The notes beneath the pieces were generated by a model. It did no database searches, was not told the DNA's origin, and worked only from the letters and a program-made list of their open reading frames with translations. Positions 1 to 10,800 of a stretch of DNA of 64,000 nt are shown piece after piece. This DNA is from an uncultured Nitrospinota bacterium. GTDB taxonomy: Bacteria > Tectomicrobia > Entotheonellia > J063 > CAVPRW01. How positions within the stretch are numbered: position 1 is the stretch's first letter; the number at the start of each line of letters is the position of its first letter. The position numbers and the translations under genes were made by a program. The stretch is from the NCBI GenBank assembly GCA_963707985.1, contig CAVPRW010000045.1:160001-224000 (forward strand), in the 5' to 3' direction.

Positions 1-2
1 TC

Positions 3-752
3 AGTGGGGTGATGAGCCTGACTGGAGAGCCGGAAGGCCCGCCGCTGCGCTGTGGTGTGTCCTTTCTCGATCTCGGCACCGGCATGATGGCGGCCTATGC
101 CGTGATGAACGCCCTCTTCCATCGTGAACGCAGCGGTCAAGGGCAAAAGGTCGAAGTATCGCTGTTCGAGACCGCGCTGTCACTGATGTCGTACCATGCT
201 GTGGGGTATCTGCTCACCGGCGATCTTCCGCAGCGACAGGGATCGGGGCATCCCATGATTGTGCCCTACCAAGTTTTTCCAACGCAGGATGGTGAGATCT
301 TCATCGTGGGCTCCAATCAGCGCCTCTGGATACGGCTCTGCCAGGCGCTCAGCCGCGAAGATCTGCTCCAAGACCCACGGTTTGACTCCAACCAAGAACG
401 CGTCAAACATCGCCACCTCCTCGTGCCCATGTTGCAGGCCGAAACGCAGAAATATCCGACGGCTGTGTTGAGCGCCAGATTGGACGACTCCGGTGTGCCA
501 TGTGCGCCGGTAAACACCCTCGACCATGTCCTCAACGATCCCCAAACACAGGCGCGAGAGATGATCGTCGATGTCCCCCATCCGCTCATCCCCGATCTCA
601 AGCTCCTCGGACTGCCGATCAAGCTCGGCGACACTCCCGGCAGTTTACGTTTACCCCCGCCGCTCAAGGGACAACACACCGAAGAAGTATTGATTGAGTT
701 AGGTTATCGCACCGCGGACATCACTGCCTTGCGCGCTCGGCAGGTGATTTGA
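3..752 (+). CDS. CaiB/BaiF family (class III) CoA transferase, 5' end outside window
   Basis: Frame open to window edge; motifs MSLTGEPEGPPLRCG, DLGTG, GQGQKVEVSL, PYQVFPTQDG, PPLKGQHTEEVL. Confidence 0.9.
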   Translation, partial: SGVMSLTGEPEGPPLRCGVSFLDLGTGMMAAYAVMNALFHRERSGQGQKVEVSLFETALSLMSYHAVGYLLTGDLPQRQGSGHPMIVPYQVFPTQDGEIFIVGSNQRLWIRLCQALSREDLLQDPRFDSNQERVKHRHLLVPMLQAETQKYPTAVLSARLDDSGVPCAPVNTLDHVLNDPQTQAREMIVDVPHPLIPDLKLLGLPIKLGDTPGSLRLPPPLKGQHTEEVLIELGYRTADITALRARQVI

Positions 753-768
753 ATAGGGGTGAAGAACG

Positions 769-1437
769 ATGACGACAGCCTTCCGTGACATATTGAAGGA
801 TGCTGCACAGCCGATCTGGGAAGCAATCTTGGCCCATCCGTACCTTAAAGAGCTAGGGGCTGGGACGCTTGCACACGAGCGCTTCCTCTATTTCATCCGA
901 CAGGACTATCTATATCTCTTCGAATTCGCTCGGGTTCTGTGTGTGGGAGGCAGTAAGGCTGAGGATTTGGATACACTGGAGATGTTTGCCAAACACGCGG
1001 CCAACACTGTAGCCGTCGAGCGTGTGATGCATACCGGCTTCATCCAGCGCCTGGGCCTGCAGGCTGACCAACTGCTCGACAGCGAACGTACCCCCACGAC
1101 ACAGGCATACACCAGGCACCTTCTGGCAGTTGCGCGCGAGGGGACCCTCGGTGAGATCGTCGCAGCGGTGTTGCCATGCTACTGGATCTACCTGGAGGTC
1201 GGGCGCCACCTTGCCACCGCTCAGCCCAGCGATCCGATTTATCACGACTGGATCAAGGCCTACGGCTCCGAAATTTTTACCGCATTAGTCCAGCAGCAGC
1301 TCAACCTGGTGGATCGCCTGGGAGCACGCGCCCCCGCCCTCGAGAGCCGACGCATGACCGAGCATTTCATCCAGAGCAGTCGCTACGAATACTTATTCTG
1401 GGACGATGCCTATCGACTTGTGGCCTGGCCAGTATAA
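769..1437 (+). CDS. tenA: Thiaminase II / aminopyrimidine aminohydrolase
   Basis: HPYL..L..GTL, YFIRQDYLYL, LPCYWIY (catalytic Cys), WIKAY, SSRYEYLFWD. Confidence 0.9.
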   Translation: MTTAFRDILKDAAQPIWEAILAHPYLKELGAGTLAHERFLYFIRQDYLYLFEFARVLCVGGSKAEDLDTLEMFAKHAANTVAVERVMHTGFIQRLGLQADQLLDSERTPTTQAYTRHLLAVAREGTLGEIVAAVLPCYWIYLEVGRHLATAQPSDPIYHDWIKAYGSEIFTALVQQQLNLVDRLGARAPALESRRMTEHFIQSSRYEYLFWDDAYRLVAWPV

Positions 1438-1493
1438 AAGAAGAGGTCTGAGAGAGAAAGACTTACAGGCCGGTTCAGAGTGTCGGACCGGTA

Positions 1494-2348
1494 CTATCCG
1501 AGAAGGCTTTCTAGGTAGGCGGCGAACTCTTGCTCGAAGGTCGAGAGCTCTATGCCGAACGCGGCCTGAAAAGTCTCGATGAGGTCCGTAGCATGGGGCA
1601 TACGGCGAAAGTAATCTAGGATCGCTGCTAGACCCCGCTGCTCGATGAGCAGGTCTGTGGCGAGAAACGCCTGAGCATATGGCATGGCGCTACCATATCT
1701 GGCGTTCAGAGCCTGCCATTCCTGGACGGTGATCATCTGCGACAAGGGAGTCAGCTCACGCTCCTGCCTGACCTGGGAAATTTTTAAGTCTTTTCGACGG
1801 CTAACGGTGTCCAGGCCAAGAGCTGCTATCACCTGATAGCCTACCCAGTCGGCAAACCCCTCGATGAGCCATAAATCACCGGTGAGCTTCCCTTCGGCGA
1901 GTTCGTATTGGACGACGTGGGTGAGTTCATGGGCGAGTACATGGATGCGCTCGGGCCACTTGAGACCGTCTAGAATCTCGTTATTGACCAGGAATCGCTT
2001 GCCTTCCTTGGTCTGGCGAATACGCCCGAGGGCCGTTTTTGAGATAGCGCGGGCCATGGTAGGGTCGGTATGGAATTGGTCGATCAGTCCTTGAGCAAAA
2101 GCCTCGCGGTAGGGATAGAAATACAGAGTGACAGAGGTTCTGGGGACCGGCATCTGCAGATCTTCCGTCATGACCGATACAATGGCATCCGTGGCGTCCT
2201 GGTAATTGCTGATCTGTGCCACCACAGGCCGGGAGACCCCTGGCATCACCGTAAGCCGAACTTCGCGCGGCACTGCGGTGCATCCGGCCAGGATCGTCGC
2301 GATGACGAAGCCGAGTCCTCTGATCACATACCCACGAACGCTATGCAT
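1494..2348 (-). CDS. Putative lipoprotein zinc metallopeptidase (peptidase MA-like)
   Basis: Lipobox ILAGC; HELTH (HExxH) followed by WLIEGFADW. Confidence 0.75.
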   Translation of the reverse strand: MHSVRGYVIRGLGFVIATILAGCTAVPREVRLTVMPGVSRPVVAQISNYQDATDAIVSVMTEDLQMPVPRTSVTLYFYPYREAFAQGLIDQFHTDPTMARAISKTALGRIRQTKEGKRFLVNNEILDGLKWPERIHVLAHELTHVVQYELAEGKLTGDLWLIEGFADWVGYQVIAALGLDTVSRRKDLKISQVRQERELTPLSQMITVQEWQALNARYGSAMPYAQAFLATDLLIEQRGLAAILDYFRRMPHATDLIETFQAAFGIELSTFEQEFAAYLESLLG

Positions 2349-2405
2349 AGCCGATTGCCGAGTCTCTCTTGCATGCTTCTGACGCTGCCGTCTATCAGGC
2401 TCATG

Positions 2406-2933
2406 CTAGCGTGCCGCCGTTGCGGCGCCGCTGTCCATCTTCTGGCCCTTCTGTCCAGCAACCAGCACGTACCAGTAGCGGTGTGTCTCGTCTGTGGTCA
2501 CCGCCATGCCGAAGAACTGTGCCCGTGGATCGACGATGACACTCCATAGCTCATTTTCGGCACGCAGGGCTTCTATGAGGCGAAAGCCAAACGTCGCTAT
2601 AATTTCGCCTGCTTGCCAGACGGTGCTATGCCAGATCGCGCTGACGGTCGTCCAGGCTTCCAGTCCCGTATCCTTGCTGCGCAGCTCGCGGTCAATGCCC
2701 TGGTCCATCACGTTTGCTCGGCGGTGGGATGCACATAAGTCCTGGGCCAACGTGGCCAGCGACTCATCGGGAAGATAATAGTACAAGGCTGCAACCCCAC
2801 GCTCGAAATGCATCAACTCGGTGAGTTTGGCGGCCAGTTCCGACGCCGCTGGTGGAGCGGTGATCGCGGTTGTTGTGGCGGTCTGCCGCTGCCATGGCCA
2901 CAGGCGAAACATTCGGTTCCGAGACTCAGTCAT
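2406..2933 (-). CDS. Hypothetical protein, divergent CAP/SCP-like domain
   Basis: GEII motif and C-terminal IVDPRAQFFGMAV...RYWYVLVAG resemble the CAP fold; start chosen from SD-like GAGGT. Confidence 0.5.
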   Translation of the reverse strand: MTESRNRMFRLWPWQRQTATTTAITAPPAASELAAKLTELMHFERGVAALYYYLPDESLATLAQDLCASHRRANVMDQGIDRELRSKDTGLEAWTTVSAIWHSTVWQAGEIIATFGFRLIEALRAENELWSVIVDPRAQFFGMAVTTDETHRYWYVLVAGQKGQKMDSGAATAAR

Positions 2934-3136
2934 GGTCTTACCTCGTGCAATCTCCTGCATGTCCGCAGGCCTGGACATCGGCTTCAAGCCGTCCTGGTCC
3001 TGCTAGCTACTTCTTGTAACATAGTGGTTCCAAGATCGCAAAGGCAAAAGGCTGGGCCTTGTCCCGCTTATTGAAGCATGATAGGATAACGCCAAGACTC
3101 AGGGATGTCTATGCTGCCAGAAAGCGATGGACGGAC

Positions 3137-3775
3137 ATGCCGGTCCGAAACTCAGCCATGCCTCAGAAAGTCACACACTCGTGTATCCTTGGCCTCGATT
3201 TAGCGGGGTCGCCGCGACGGCCGACAGGGTTCTGTGTCCTCAGGGGGCGTCGGGTGACGGTCGGACATCTGTTCGGCGATGACGACATTTTCGCGACGGT
3301 CGACACGGTGGCGCCACACCTCATTGCCATCGATGCCCCATTGGGGTTACCTGCTGGGCGATGTTGCCTGCTGAATACCTGCGCCTGTGCAGGAACCACG
3401 CATTTTCGAGCATCCGACCATGAGTTGCGCCGTATGGGCATCCGATTCTTTCCGATCACCCTCGGTCCGATGCGGCAGCTGACGCAACGCGGTATACGCC
3501 TGAAATCTGTATTCGAAAGCAGCGGATTCGAGGTTATCGAAACCTACCCTGGTGGGGCGCAAGATATCTGGGGTATCCCACGCCAGCGTGATGTGGTGGG
3601 TCTCCGACGTGGGTTGTCTCGCTTCCGGCTACAAGGGCTCCAACGGTCCGAACCATCGCCGCACGTCCTGGACGCGGTTACCTGTGCACTGGTCGGTCAG
3701 CTCTATCTTCGCGGCGCCACCACGAGTCTCGGTTCTGCAGACGAAGCGCTGATGATCCTGCCGCCGTTGCCATGA
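3137..3775 (+). CDS. DUF429 family protein (predicted RNase H-fold nuclease)
   Basis: LGLDLAG, IAIDAPL, FRASD, IETYP, LDAVTCA motifs; start uncertain (3137 or 3158). Confidence 0.8.
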   Translation: MPVRNSAMPQKVTHSCILGLDLAGSPRRPTGFCVLRGRRVTVGHLFGDDDIFATVDTVAPHLIAIDAPLGLPAGRCCLLNTCACAGTTHFRASDHELRRMGIRFFPITLGPMRQLTQRGIRLKSVFESSGFEVIETYPGGAQDIWGIPRQRDVVGLRRGLSRFRLQGLQRSEPSPHVLDAVTCALVGQLYLRGATTSLGSADEALMILPPLP

Positions 3776-3802
3776 TCGAGCACCATCCGAAGGAGATCCA
3801 TC

Positions 3803-4963
3803 ATGCAACCACGGACCGCAGACGTCGTCATCATTGGGGCGGGGGCTATCGGCTGTAGCATTGCCTATCACCTCGGATGGCGTGGGGCGAAGAACATCGT
3901 TGTTTTGGAGCAAGAAGCAGTTGGATCGGGTACCACGAGCAAAGCGGCAGGGGGGATTCGCGTCCAGTTTCCTACCGAAATCGAGATTGCTTTTTCAATG
4001 GAGAGTCTGGCCTTCTTTAAAGGTTTTCACGAGCATATGGGTGTCAATCCACATCTGCGGCAGGTAGGCTACCTCTTTCTCCTCGGTAGCGCACAGGATG
4101 TCGAACAGTACACCCAGCAGATCGCCTTGCAGCGTCAGTATGGTCTGGATGTACGGTTGCTCACACCCCAAGATGCCAAGGCCATCGTGCCGCAATTGCG
4201 CGTCGATGATCTGCTGGCGGCCGTCTATTCTCCGCAGGATGGATACGCTGATCCGCATACCGTTGTGCAAGGATACGCCACTAGGGCACGTGAATGCGGC
4301 GTGAAGATTTTGGAACAGACCGAGGTGACCGGAATTCGGTTAGAGGGCGATCGTGTGGTCGGCGTTGACACCACCAGCGGTGCCATCGACACGCGATTGG
4401 TCGTCAATGCCGCTGGACCGTGGGCCACGCGCGTGGCTGCGATGGTGGGTACGAATGTACCAGTCTATCCCCGGCGTCGGCATATTTTCGTGACCGAGCC
4501 CTTCAGTGACTTCGTTAATCCGTCCCCACTGGTCATCGACCGTACAACTGGATTCTACTGCCGGACTGAAGGTCGCAGTATTCTTATGAGCCCCGGTGAC
4601 GCACAGGCGGTGCAGGGCTATAAGGTGACGATCGATTGGAGCATGGCCGAGGAGACCGCCCGCAAGGCTGTGCAACGCATCCCGGTTCTCGAACAAGCAG
4701 GCATCATGAGTGGGTGGGCCGGACTGCGTCCGCTGACGCCGGATGAGCATGCCATCATCGATTATCTCCCCGGCGTTGAAGGTATGCTGTGCGCTGTAGG
4801 CTTCTGCGGCCATGGTTTTCAGCATTCGCCGGCTGCCGGGAAAGTGATTACAGAGATGGTCCTCGATGGCAAACCTTCGCGGGATATCTCGGCTCTGAGC
4901 TTTGACCGGTTCCAAAACACCAAAGCGCTTTCCCCGCAAGGCAAGATCCCAGAACCCGACTAG
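3803..4963 (+). CDS. FAD-dependent oxidoreductase, DAO / sarcosine oxidase beta family
   Basis: GAGAIG Rossmann motif, TSKAAGGIR, VVNAAGPW, WAGLRPLTPD, GFCGHGFQHSPA. Confidence 0.9.
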   Translation: MQPRTADVVIIGAGAIGCSIAYHLGWRGAKNIVVLEQEAVGSGTTSKAAGGIRVQFPTEIEIAFSMESLAFFKGFHEHMGVNPHLRQVGYLFLLGSAQDVEQYTQQIALQRQYGLDVRLLTPQDAKAIVPQLRVDDLLAAVYSPQDGYADPHTVVQGYATRARECGVKILEQTEVTGIRLEGDRVVGVDTTSGAIDTRLVVNAAGPWATRVAAMVGTNVPVYPRRRHIFVTEPFSDFVNPSPLVIDRTTGFYCRTEGRSILMSPGDAQAVQGYKVTIDWSMAEETARKAVQRIPVLEQAGIMSGWAGLRPLTPDEHAIIDYLPGVEGMLCAVGFCGHGFQHSPAAGKVITEMVLDGKPSRDISALSFDRFQNTKALSPQGKIPEPD

Positions 4964-5091
4964 TCCCCGGATGAGGCTTATGACCGAGCACCGTATATTA
5001 CGACACATTATCAAGATGTTCGATGAATTTCACAGCACCCGCAAAATGCCCCCACATCTGCAACGCTAACGATGCATGCACTTCTTGACAT

Positions 5092-5136
5092 CTCCGCCTT
5101 TCCCCCACTCCCACTGGGCGTGAGGGAAAGGCGGAG
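5092..5136 (-). terminator. Stem-loop between convergent genes, probable terminator of tes
   Basis: CTCCGCCTTTCCC (5092-5104) / GGGAAAGGCGGAG (5124-5136) perfect 13-bp inverted repeat. Confidence 0.6.
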
Positions 5137-5176
5137 GGTAAGCAAGGAGCAATCAAGCGATCTGACGACAACCTTT

Positions 5177-7057
5177 CTATTGCAGCTCGGGTAAAATCTG
5201 CACCAGTGCCTCATGCTTGCCGTTGGCGTGCCCATTGCTATGGCTATCGCCACAGCCACAGCTTCCACCCGGGCCGCCGCCTTCGCTCGAGCAGCAACTC
5301 CCTGTACTCACTGGAGCCGCGGTGGCGATTATCGCCTCGCTTTTCTTGCGCTCGGCGACGCGGACATCCTTGGTGATCTTGTCGATATTCTCGGTATAGG
5401 TCACAGCTCCTTGATTTTTCCACTGATCCATCGACATGGCGAACTTCTTCTCCACCTTCTCACGGTATACTGGCCCCGAGTTATAGGTGCAGAAAGGATA
5501 TATGAGGCCGTTTGGAGCGGAGTAGTGGATGATGCAACGCTTGACACGCTCCACTTCATAGTTGTAGGAGTCCATGAAGTGCATGCCGCAGGCCATGAAC
5601 AGCTCATCGCCCTTGCTCCGTCTGCTGCCATTCTCCGGCCGACCTTCGACCAGCTCTTTCAGGAGCTTCAAGAAATGGCTGAAGGTCATCCCCTCTGGTG
5701 CCTTGTCGGCATTCCAGAATCGCCGCAAATTGGCCAGTAACTTGGCGATGGCTAGTGTCGGCGAGCTGGATTGATTGACCTTACCCGCCAAGGCATCAAT
5801 GGCGCGCAGGAAGCCAGGCAGGTCGATGAAACGAGTGATCGGCGTCGCACCCCCATGTTTATCGATATACAGGTACGTCCCCTGGCCACAATGGGAGTGG
5901 CAGCTAAAGTTCACAGCCGAGCCATCACCTTTGAGGGCATTGAACAGCTTCGCGAATGGCGATGTACAGGGGATTGGGAACCAATCCTGGTGTGCTTCGG
6001 CAAGCCCGGTTTGCGCTTCGATATCGTGGGCCAGATCGGGTAACGTATAGCGCATCTTCTCGCGCATGCGTTGAGCGATGCGGCCGGTGAAGGTGACCGG
6101 TTGGAAAGCCACCCCTGAGACAGTGTCACAGTGCTCGATACCGAACTTCAAAATCTCGCCCACTTGCTGATTGTTCACGCCGCGCACCACCGTGCAGACC
6201 AGCACCACGTAAAGATCTGCCTTGCCGGCATTCTCAATGGCCTGCAATTTCTTCTTGAAGAGCGACTCCCCGCGTGTCTTCTTGTAGATGGCATCCACCA
6301 TGCCGTCGAATTGCAGATAGATTCCATCCAACCCTGCCTCTTTAGCACGGAAGGCGAAGTCCTGATCGGTGAAGGCGATGCCGTTACTGGCCACCTGTAC
6401 CCAGGAAATCCCTAGGTCTTTGGCGAGCTTGCAGGCCTCGATGAAATGCGGGTAGATTGTCGGCTCACCGCCGGAGAACTGGATGATGTGACCGGGGGTT
6501 GGCCGCTCTGCCCGATAGTTCAGGATCATCTGCCGCACCTGGTCTAGCGTGGGTTGGTACACGTAACCCGCGGCATTGGCATTGGCGAAGCAGACGGGGC
6601 AGGTTAAGTTACAGCGGTTGGTGAGGTCGAGATTACCGACGCCTGTATGGCTGGTGTGCATGTTACACAGGCCACATTGTTGCGGGCACTTTGTAGCATA
6701 GGGCACACGGGGGTTGCTGAGACCTCTATTGTCCCCGAAGGAGAACTTCTCGGCCTGCAAAAACATCTCTACGTCAGACCAGTACAGCTCTTTAAAGTAA
6801 CCATGCTCGGGACAGGTCTTTTCCATAAAGACCTTCCCGTCTTCCTCGAACATCCGCGCCGGGATACACCGCGTCTTGTCGCACTCTGGACAGAGAGATT
6901 CAACGATTTTTGGAAGGCCCTTGGTGGTTGGAGGAATAGGAGTTCCGTTATATGTTGCTTCAGCTTGTTCGGGCGTATAGGAATCATCCAGTGCTGGCCA
7001 CACCGTGTTGAGCATGTGGTTCTTCAGCGTTTCCAGAAACGGCGACAGAGGATTCAT
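5177..7057 (-). CDS. tes: Radical SAM tetraether lipid synthase (Tes / GDGT-MAS, MJ0619 family) homologue
   Basis: Rubredoxin-like CPEC...CPEH; auxiliary CPQQCGLCNMH; radical SAM CNLTCPVC; QFSGGEPT; YLQFDG; SCHSHCG; MHFMDSYNYEVERVKRCIIHY; PFCTYN; SD GGAGGAG before ATG 7057. Confidence 0.88.
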   Translation of the reverse strand: MNPLSPFLETLKNHMLNTVWPALDDSYTPEQAEATYNGTPIPPTTKGLPKIVESLCPECDKTRCIPARMFEEDGKVFMEKTCPEHGYFKELYWSDVEMFLQAEKFSFGDNRGLSNPRVPYATKCPQQCGLCNMHTSHTGVGNLDLTNRCNLTCPVCFANANAAGYVYQPTLDQVRQMILNYRAERPTPGHIIQFSGGEPTIYPHFIEACKLAKDLGISWVQVASNGIAFTDQDFAFRAKEAGLDGIYLQFDGMVDAIYKKTRGESLFKKKLQAIENAGKADLYVVLVCTVVRGVNNQQVGEILKFGIEHCDTVSGVAFQPVTFTGRIAQRMREKMRYTLPDLAHDIEAQTGLAEAHQDWFPIPCTSPFAKLFNALKGDGSAVNFSCHSHCGQGTYLYIDKHGGATPITRFIDLPGFLRAIDALAGKVNQSSSPTLAIAKLLANLRRFWNADKAPEGMTFSHFLKLLKELVEGRPENGSRRSKGDELFMACGMHFMDSYNYEVERVKRCIIHYSAPNGLIYPFCTYNSGPVYREKVEKKFAMSMDQWKNQGAVTYTENIDKITKDVRVAERKKSEAIIATAAPVSTGSCCSSEGGGPGGSCGCGDSHSNGHANGKHEALVQILPELQ

Positions 7058-7252
7058 GCTCGCTCCTCCCCTCGGATCAGCGGTTCTTGAGAAGACTGCA
7101 CACCTTACCCTCCCGCACGCAAGGCCCATCCCAGCTTACGCTCCCGGTACCAACAGGCACAACTCTCCTTTCGGTAACCTGCTCGTCTTTACCGTGGAGA
7201 ACAGTTTAGCTAGATGATATGGGGTTCATCTCTAAACCCCATACAGACTCCC

Positions 7253-7268
7253 AGCAATGCGCATGCCA
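7253..7268 (-). promoter_or_regulatory. Sigma-54 (-24/-12) promoter of tes
   Basis: Minus strand TGGCAT-GCGCA-TTGCT, exact GG-N10-GC spacing, about 195 bp upstream of the start and oriented toward tes. Confidence 0.75.
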
Positions 7269-7463
7269 GACCTGCAATCAGCCCATCGTGCACAGCCAAA
7301 ACGCCATCCGTCAAGGCTCGCACGGATTCCAGTCAACCCCATGCCCGACACGCCTACGTCCCCAAGTGATACGATTCTATCCAACGAGACGTCAGCTTTC
7401 CACTAAGGCATTGTCATGTATATCATTCTCGTGAGTGGCTAATTCCTAACCACCTGGATAGTC

Positions 7464-7742
7464 TTACGGGGTATATGGAGCCAGCGCCTCGGTAAGGGCT
7501 TGGGGAACCACCGTCTTGCCCTCGTTCAATTGGGCGATGGTCGCCTCAATGATGGCCTTCGCCTCATCTTTCCGAAAGCTAGTGATAAAGCCGTCGTAAA
7601 AATGCACTCCTGCAAGCGCCCGATTGATTTCCGTCTCCCGATTATGGTCGTTCAACTCAGTAAAATAGACCACCCGATACCGACCGCTATAGGTGGTCTC
7701 ATGGTAGATCTCGAACATAATCCGATCCGTTGCGAACGCCAT
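7464..7742 (-). CDS. Small hypothetical protein (92 aa) within the ether-lipid locus
   Basis: Protein-like sequence MFEIYHETTYSGRYRVVYFTELNDHN...HFYDGFI; SD GGAGAG; co-oriented, directly after the plsA-like gene. Confidence 0.75.
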   Translation of the reverse strand: MAFATDRIMFEIYHETTYSGRYRVVYFTELNDHNRETEINRALAGVHFYDGFITSFRKDEAKAIIEATIAQLNEGKTVVPQALTEALAPYTP

Positions 7743-7814
7743 CAGACTCTCCACAGCCAAGGGCTGCGTGCCAAGAGGAAGAAATCCTTTGCATGCAGCC
7801 CTTTAGCGCTTTCC

Positions 7815-10800
7815 TTAGTCCAGCGTCAACTGGAGCAAGCGCTCACCAGATTCCGTAGGCCCACATGAGCCAACTCCGACAAGCTCGGGGCCAATGCCAG
7901 CCGCAGCATATTGCTGGTACAGCTCCTCCCGCAACTTCTGCTCATAGGCCTGGAGACGCTCCTCGATGGTGATGCGTTTGGTCTTTTTCGCGACCATATC
8001 CTCGCGGTAACGTTTGAGGAAGTAGGTGATGGTCTCGACACGGATTTTGATCGATCCGGTCGGTTTGTTCTCATCGATATCCTTGAAGCAGAAGTACGGC
8101 GTGCCCGCATTTTCGACGATCTCCTCGACCACTGTGTAGATAGGCGCGTCGTGTCCACACTTGAAGGATGAGAGCTCCAGCGCCACCAGGTTGGGATGCC
8201 GCGCCACATACTTAGCGGCCCAGATCTTCCGGCTAGTGTTCTCGCTGTAGGAATTTTTCCAGACGTCTGAGATATCCATTGGATCTTTAATGATGCCGGC
8301 TTGCACCTCGTCGCCGAACAATTCTTCCAGAATGTCCGGGTCAATGGGTAACGAATCCTGGGCTAAGATGGGATAACCCTGTTTCTGGAACTCTTCGAGG
8401 ATCTCGTGGTTGATGCCGGGGTCATGGTGATAGGGTCGGGCCAGCAGCACGATGCCGAGCCGCTGTTCTGCCACCAGCTCGTTCAGCACCTCACGAGCCG
8501 TCCCACGCAGGATGACATTGTTAAAATAATCAAGCGCCTTATAGCCTTCCTCGATCGCTCGGGCGTTTTCCTCTTCTGACAGGCCCAGGATGTCTTTGAA
8601 CTGCTCGTACATCTGACGTGCGAACAACTGTGGCTCGGCGAGCTTCACAAAGGTGGGAAAGTACTGCACCCCCATCTCAGCAAACAGATCGCCTTCTTTG
8701 ATGAACGCGGCCTTCACGGCCTCAGGAGTGGCCGTCACTGTCGGACAGGCGCGACTATCCTGGGTGCCGTAGAGGTCTGTGGTGAGGGAATCGATCATCG
8801 GGAAGAAAATGATGTCCAGCGGTTTTTTCTTGTGATGCACGTAGAGCAGATTGTGCACGTGTGGAATGCCGACTTTACTCGGGAAACAGGGGTCGATCGC
8901 CCCGCGCTTGGCGCCTTCTTTGTAGAGGTGCTCGGAGGTGAAGTCAGAGTAGACAAGGTTCTCTGGTTTGACACCGAGAGCCTCGAAATAGGCGCTGAAA
9001 ACCGGTGTTTGCGAGTACATATTGAGCGCTCGAGGCATGCCGATGCGGATCTGCTCACGCTTTTTCATGAGCTCGATGCGAGTTTTTTGCCTCTGGGTGA
9101 ATGCGAAGCGCGGCAGTGGATCGACGACGTTCTCCGGATTGAAGGATTTGAACACGGCCTTGGCAGCGACCTCGACCAGGTTGGGATTGGAGCCCTTGAC
9201 GGCGTCCAGGCCCTTCTTGATCACACGCATGGCCTCGACATCTTCAACCAGGCCTTTCTCACAACTATTGCCGACGATGAGGCGCTTCGTACCGGGCTCC
9301 AACGGAATTTTCGACTTATATTGGACCGGCTCGTCCTCCGGGCCCGTTTGTAGATTAACCTTCACGTCGATAAAGGTTCGTAGGCACTTGTTTTTGCAGA
9401 AGTAGCAGCGTGTGTTCTCGTTGCGGTGCGTTTGATAGGTGATTTGCGCCACGGCGTCGAGCCCAATAAAACTTGTCTGACGGCCGTTTTCCCAGAGACG
9501 TACCGCTTCGATGCCAGCGCCGATGGCACCGCTCTCGCCACAATGCTCGTGCACAATGACGTTGGGCTTGATACCCTTGCCTTTGAAGCGTGATTCGATG
9601 AAATCTACCTGAGCCTTCACCGCCGCCAGGTTATTCTGCGTGCCCCCCTGCAGAATGAAATTCGTGCCGAGGGCGGACAGATTGGGAATCTGGGAGACGT
9701 ACAACCAGATGTTCTTAGGTAGCACCGCCGCCAATCCGGCCATGATCTCTTCGGGCTTCCAGCCCTGGCGCTGGAAATCCACGATATCGGATTGCATGAA
9801 CACGGCACAGCCATAGCCGAAGGTGGGCATGGCCTCGGCGCTGAAGGCGTGATCGGCGAATTCTTCCACCTTATACCCAAATCCCTCAGCAGTACCCTGC
9901 AGGAAGTAGCCGTTACCGGCAGAGCATTGGGTATTGAGTTTAAAATCCTTCACCTGGCGGTTTTTGAGGATCATCAGCTTGATGTCTTGACCGCCGACGT
10001 CGCAAATGACATCCACATCTTTGTAGAAGCGTAGCGCCGACTCTGTGTGCGCGACGGTCTCCACCAACGCCACGTCGGCCCCCAGCGTATCTTTCAAAAT
10101 ATCCTTGGCATAGCCGGTGGTGCCAACGCCGAGGATCTGTAGGGTTGCCCCCTGATCTTCTACCTGCTGGCGCAGCTTCCCGAAGACCTCGATAGTGTCC
10201 TCAATAGGGTTCCCCTTGGAAAGCTGGTAGGTCTTGACCAGGACGTTACGATCCTTGTCCAGGATGACCGCCTTGGTGGAGGTCGATCCACCATCGAGTC
10301 CGACAAAGGCCTCAACCACCTGTCCGGGCTGGAAAGTGGCCGGGATGAACTTCTGACGCCGATAGCGCTCCTTGAAAGCTTCAAGGTCTTCTGGCGTCTT
10401 GCTGAGCCCTGCAGCCCCCTTTTTCTTCTTTTCCTCCAGGCGCCCGAAGTTGATGTAGTATTCCAGGTCGGCGGTACCCTTATAAATACCCACAGAAGGC
10501 TCTTCCTGGCGGCCGAATTCGACTGCACCAATGGCCGCAAAATACTGGGCGTTTTTCGGCACCATAATAAGATCTTTTGGATCGACACCCTGTGGCAGCG
10601 GATAATTGCGTTCTTCCCAGATCTTCGGGATGTTATGCTTCCAGGCCTCGGTCATGCCCCGCACATAGGTGTTCGGCCCGCCTAGCAGCAGAACCACCGG
10701 CCGCAAGGTATTACCGCGCGTAAGCACCGCCAGGTTCTGGCCGATGATGGCCTCAAACAGCGATGCCATCAGCTCGTCCCTGGGCACACCCATTTTCTGC

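Noticed and set aside
5177..7057. MoaA or RiPP-maturase radical SAM enzyme
   Set aside because: No SPASM/twitch pattern or precursor peptide seen; motif set matches the Tes/MJ0619 family
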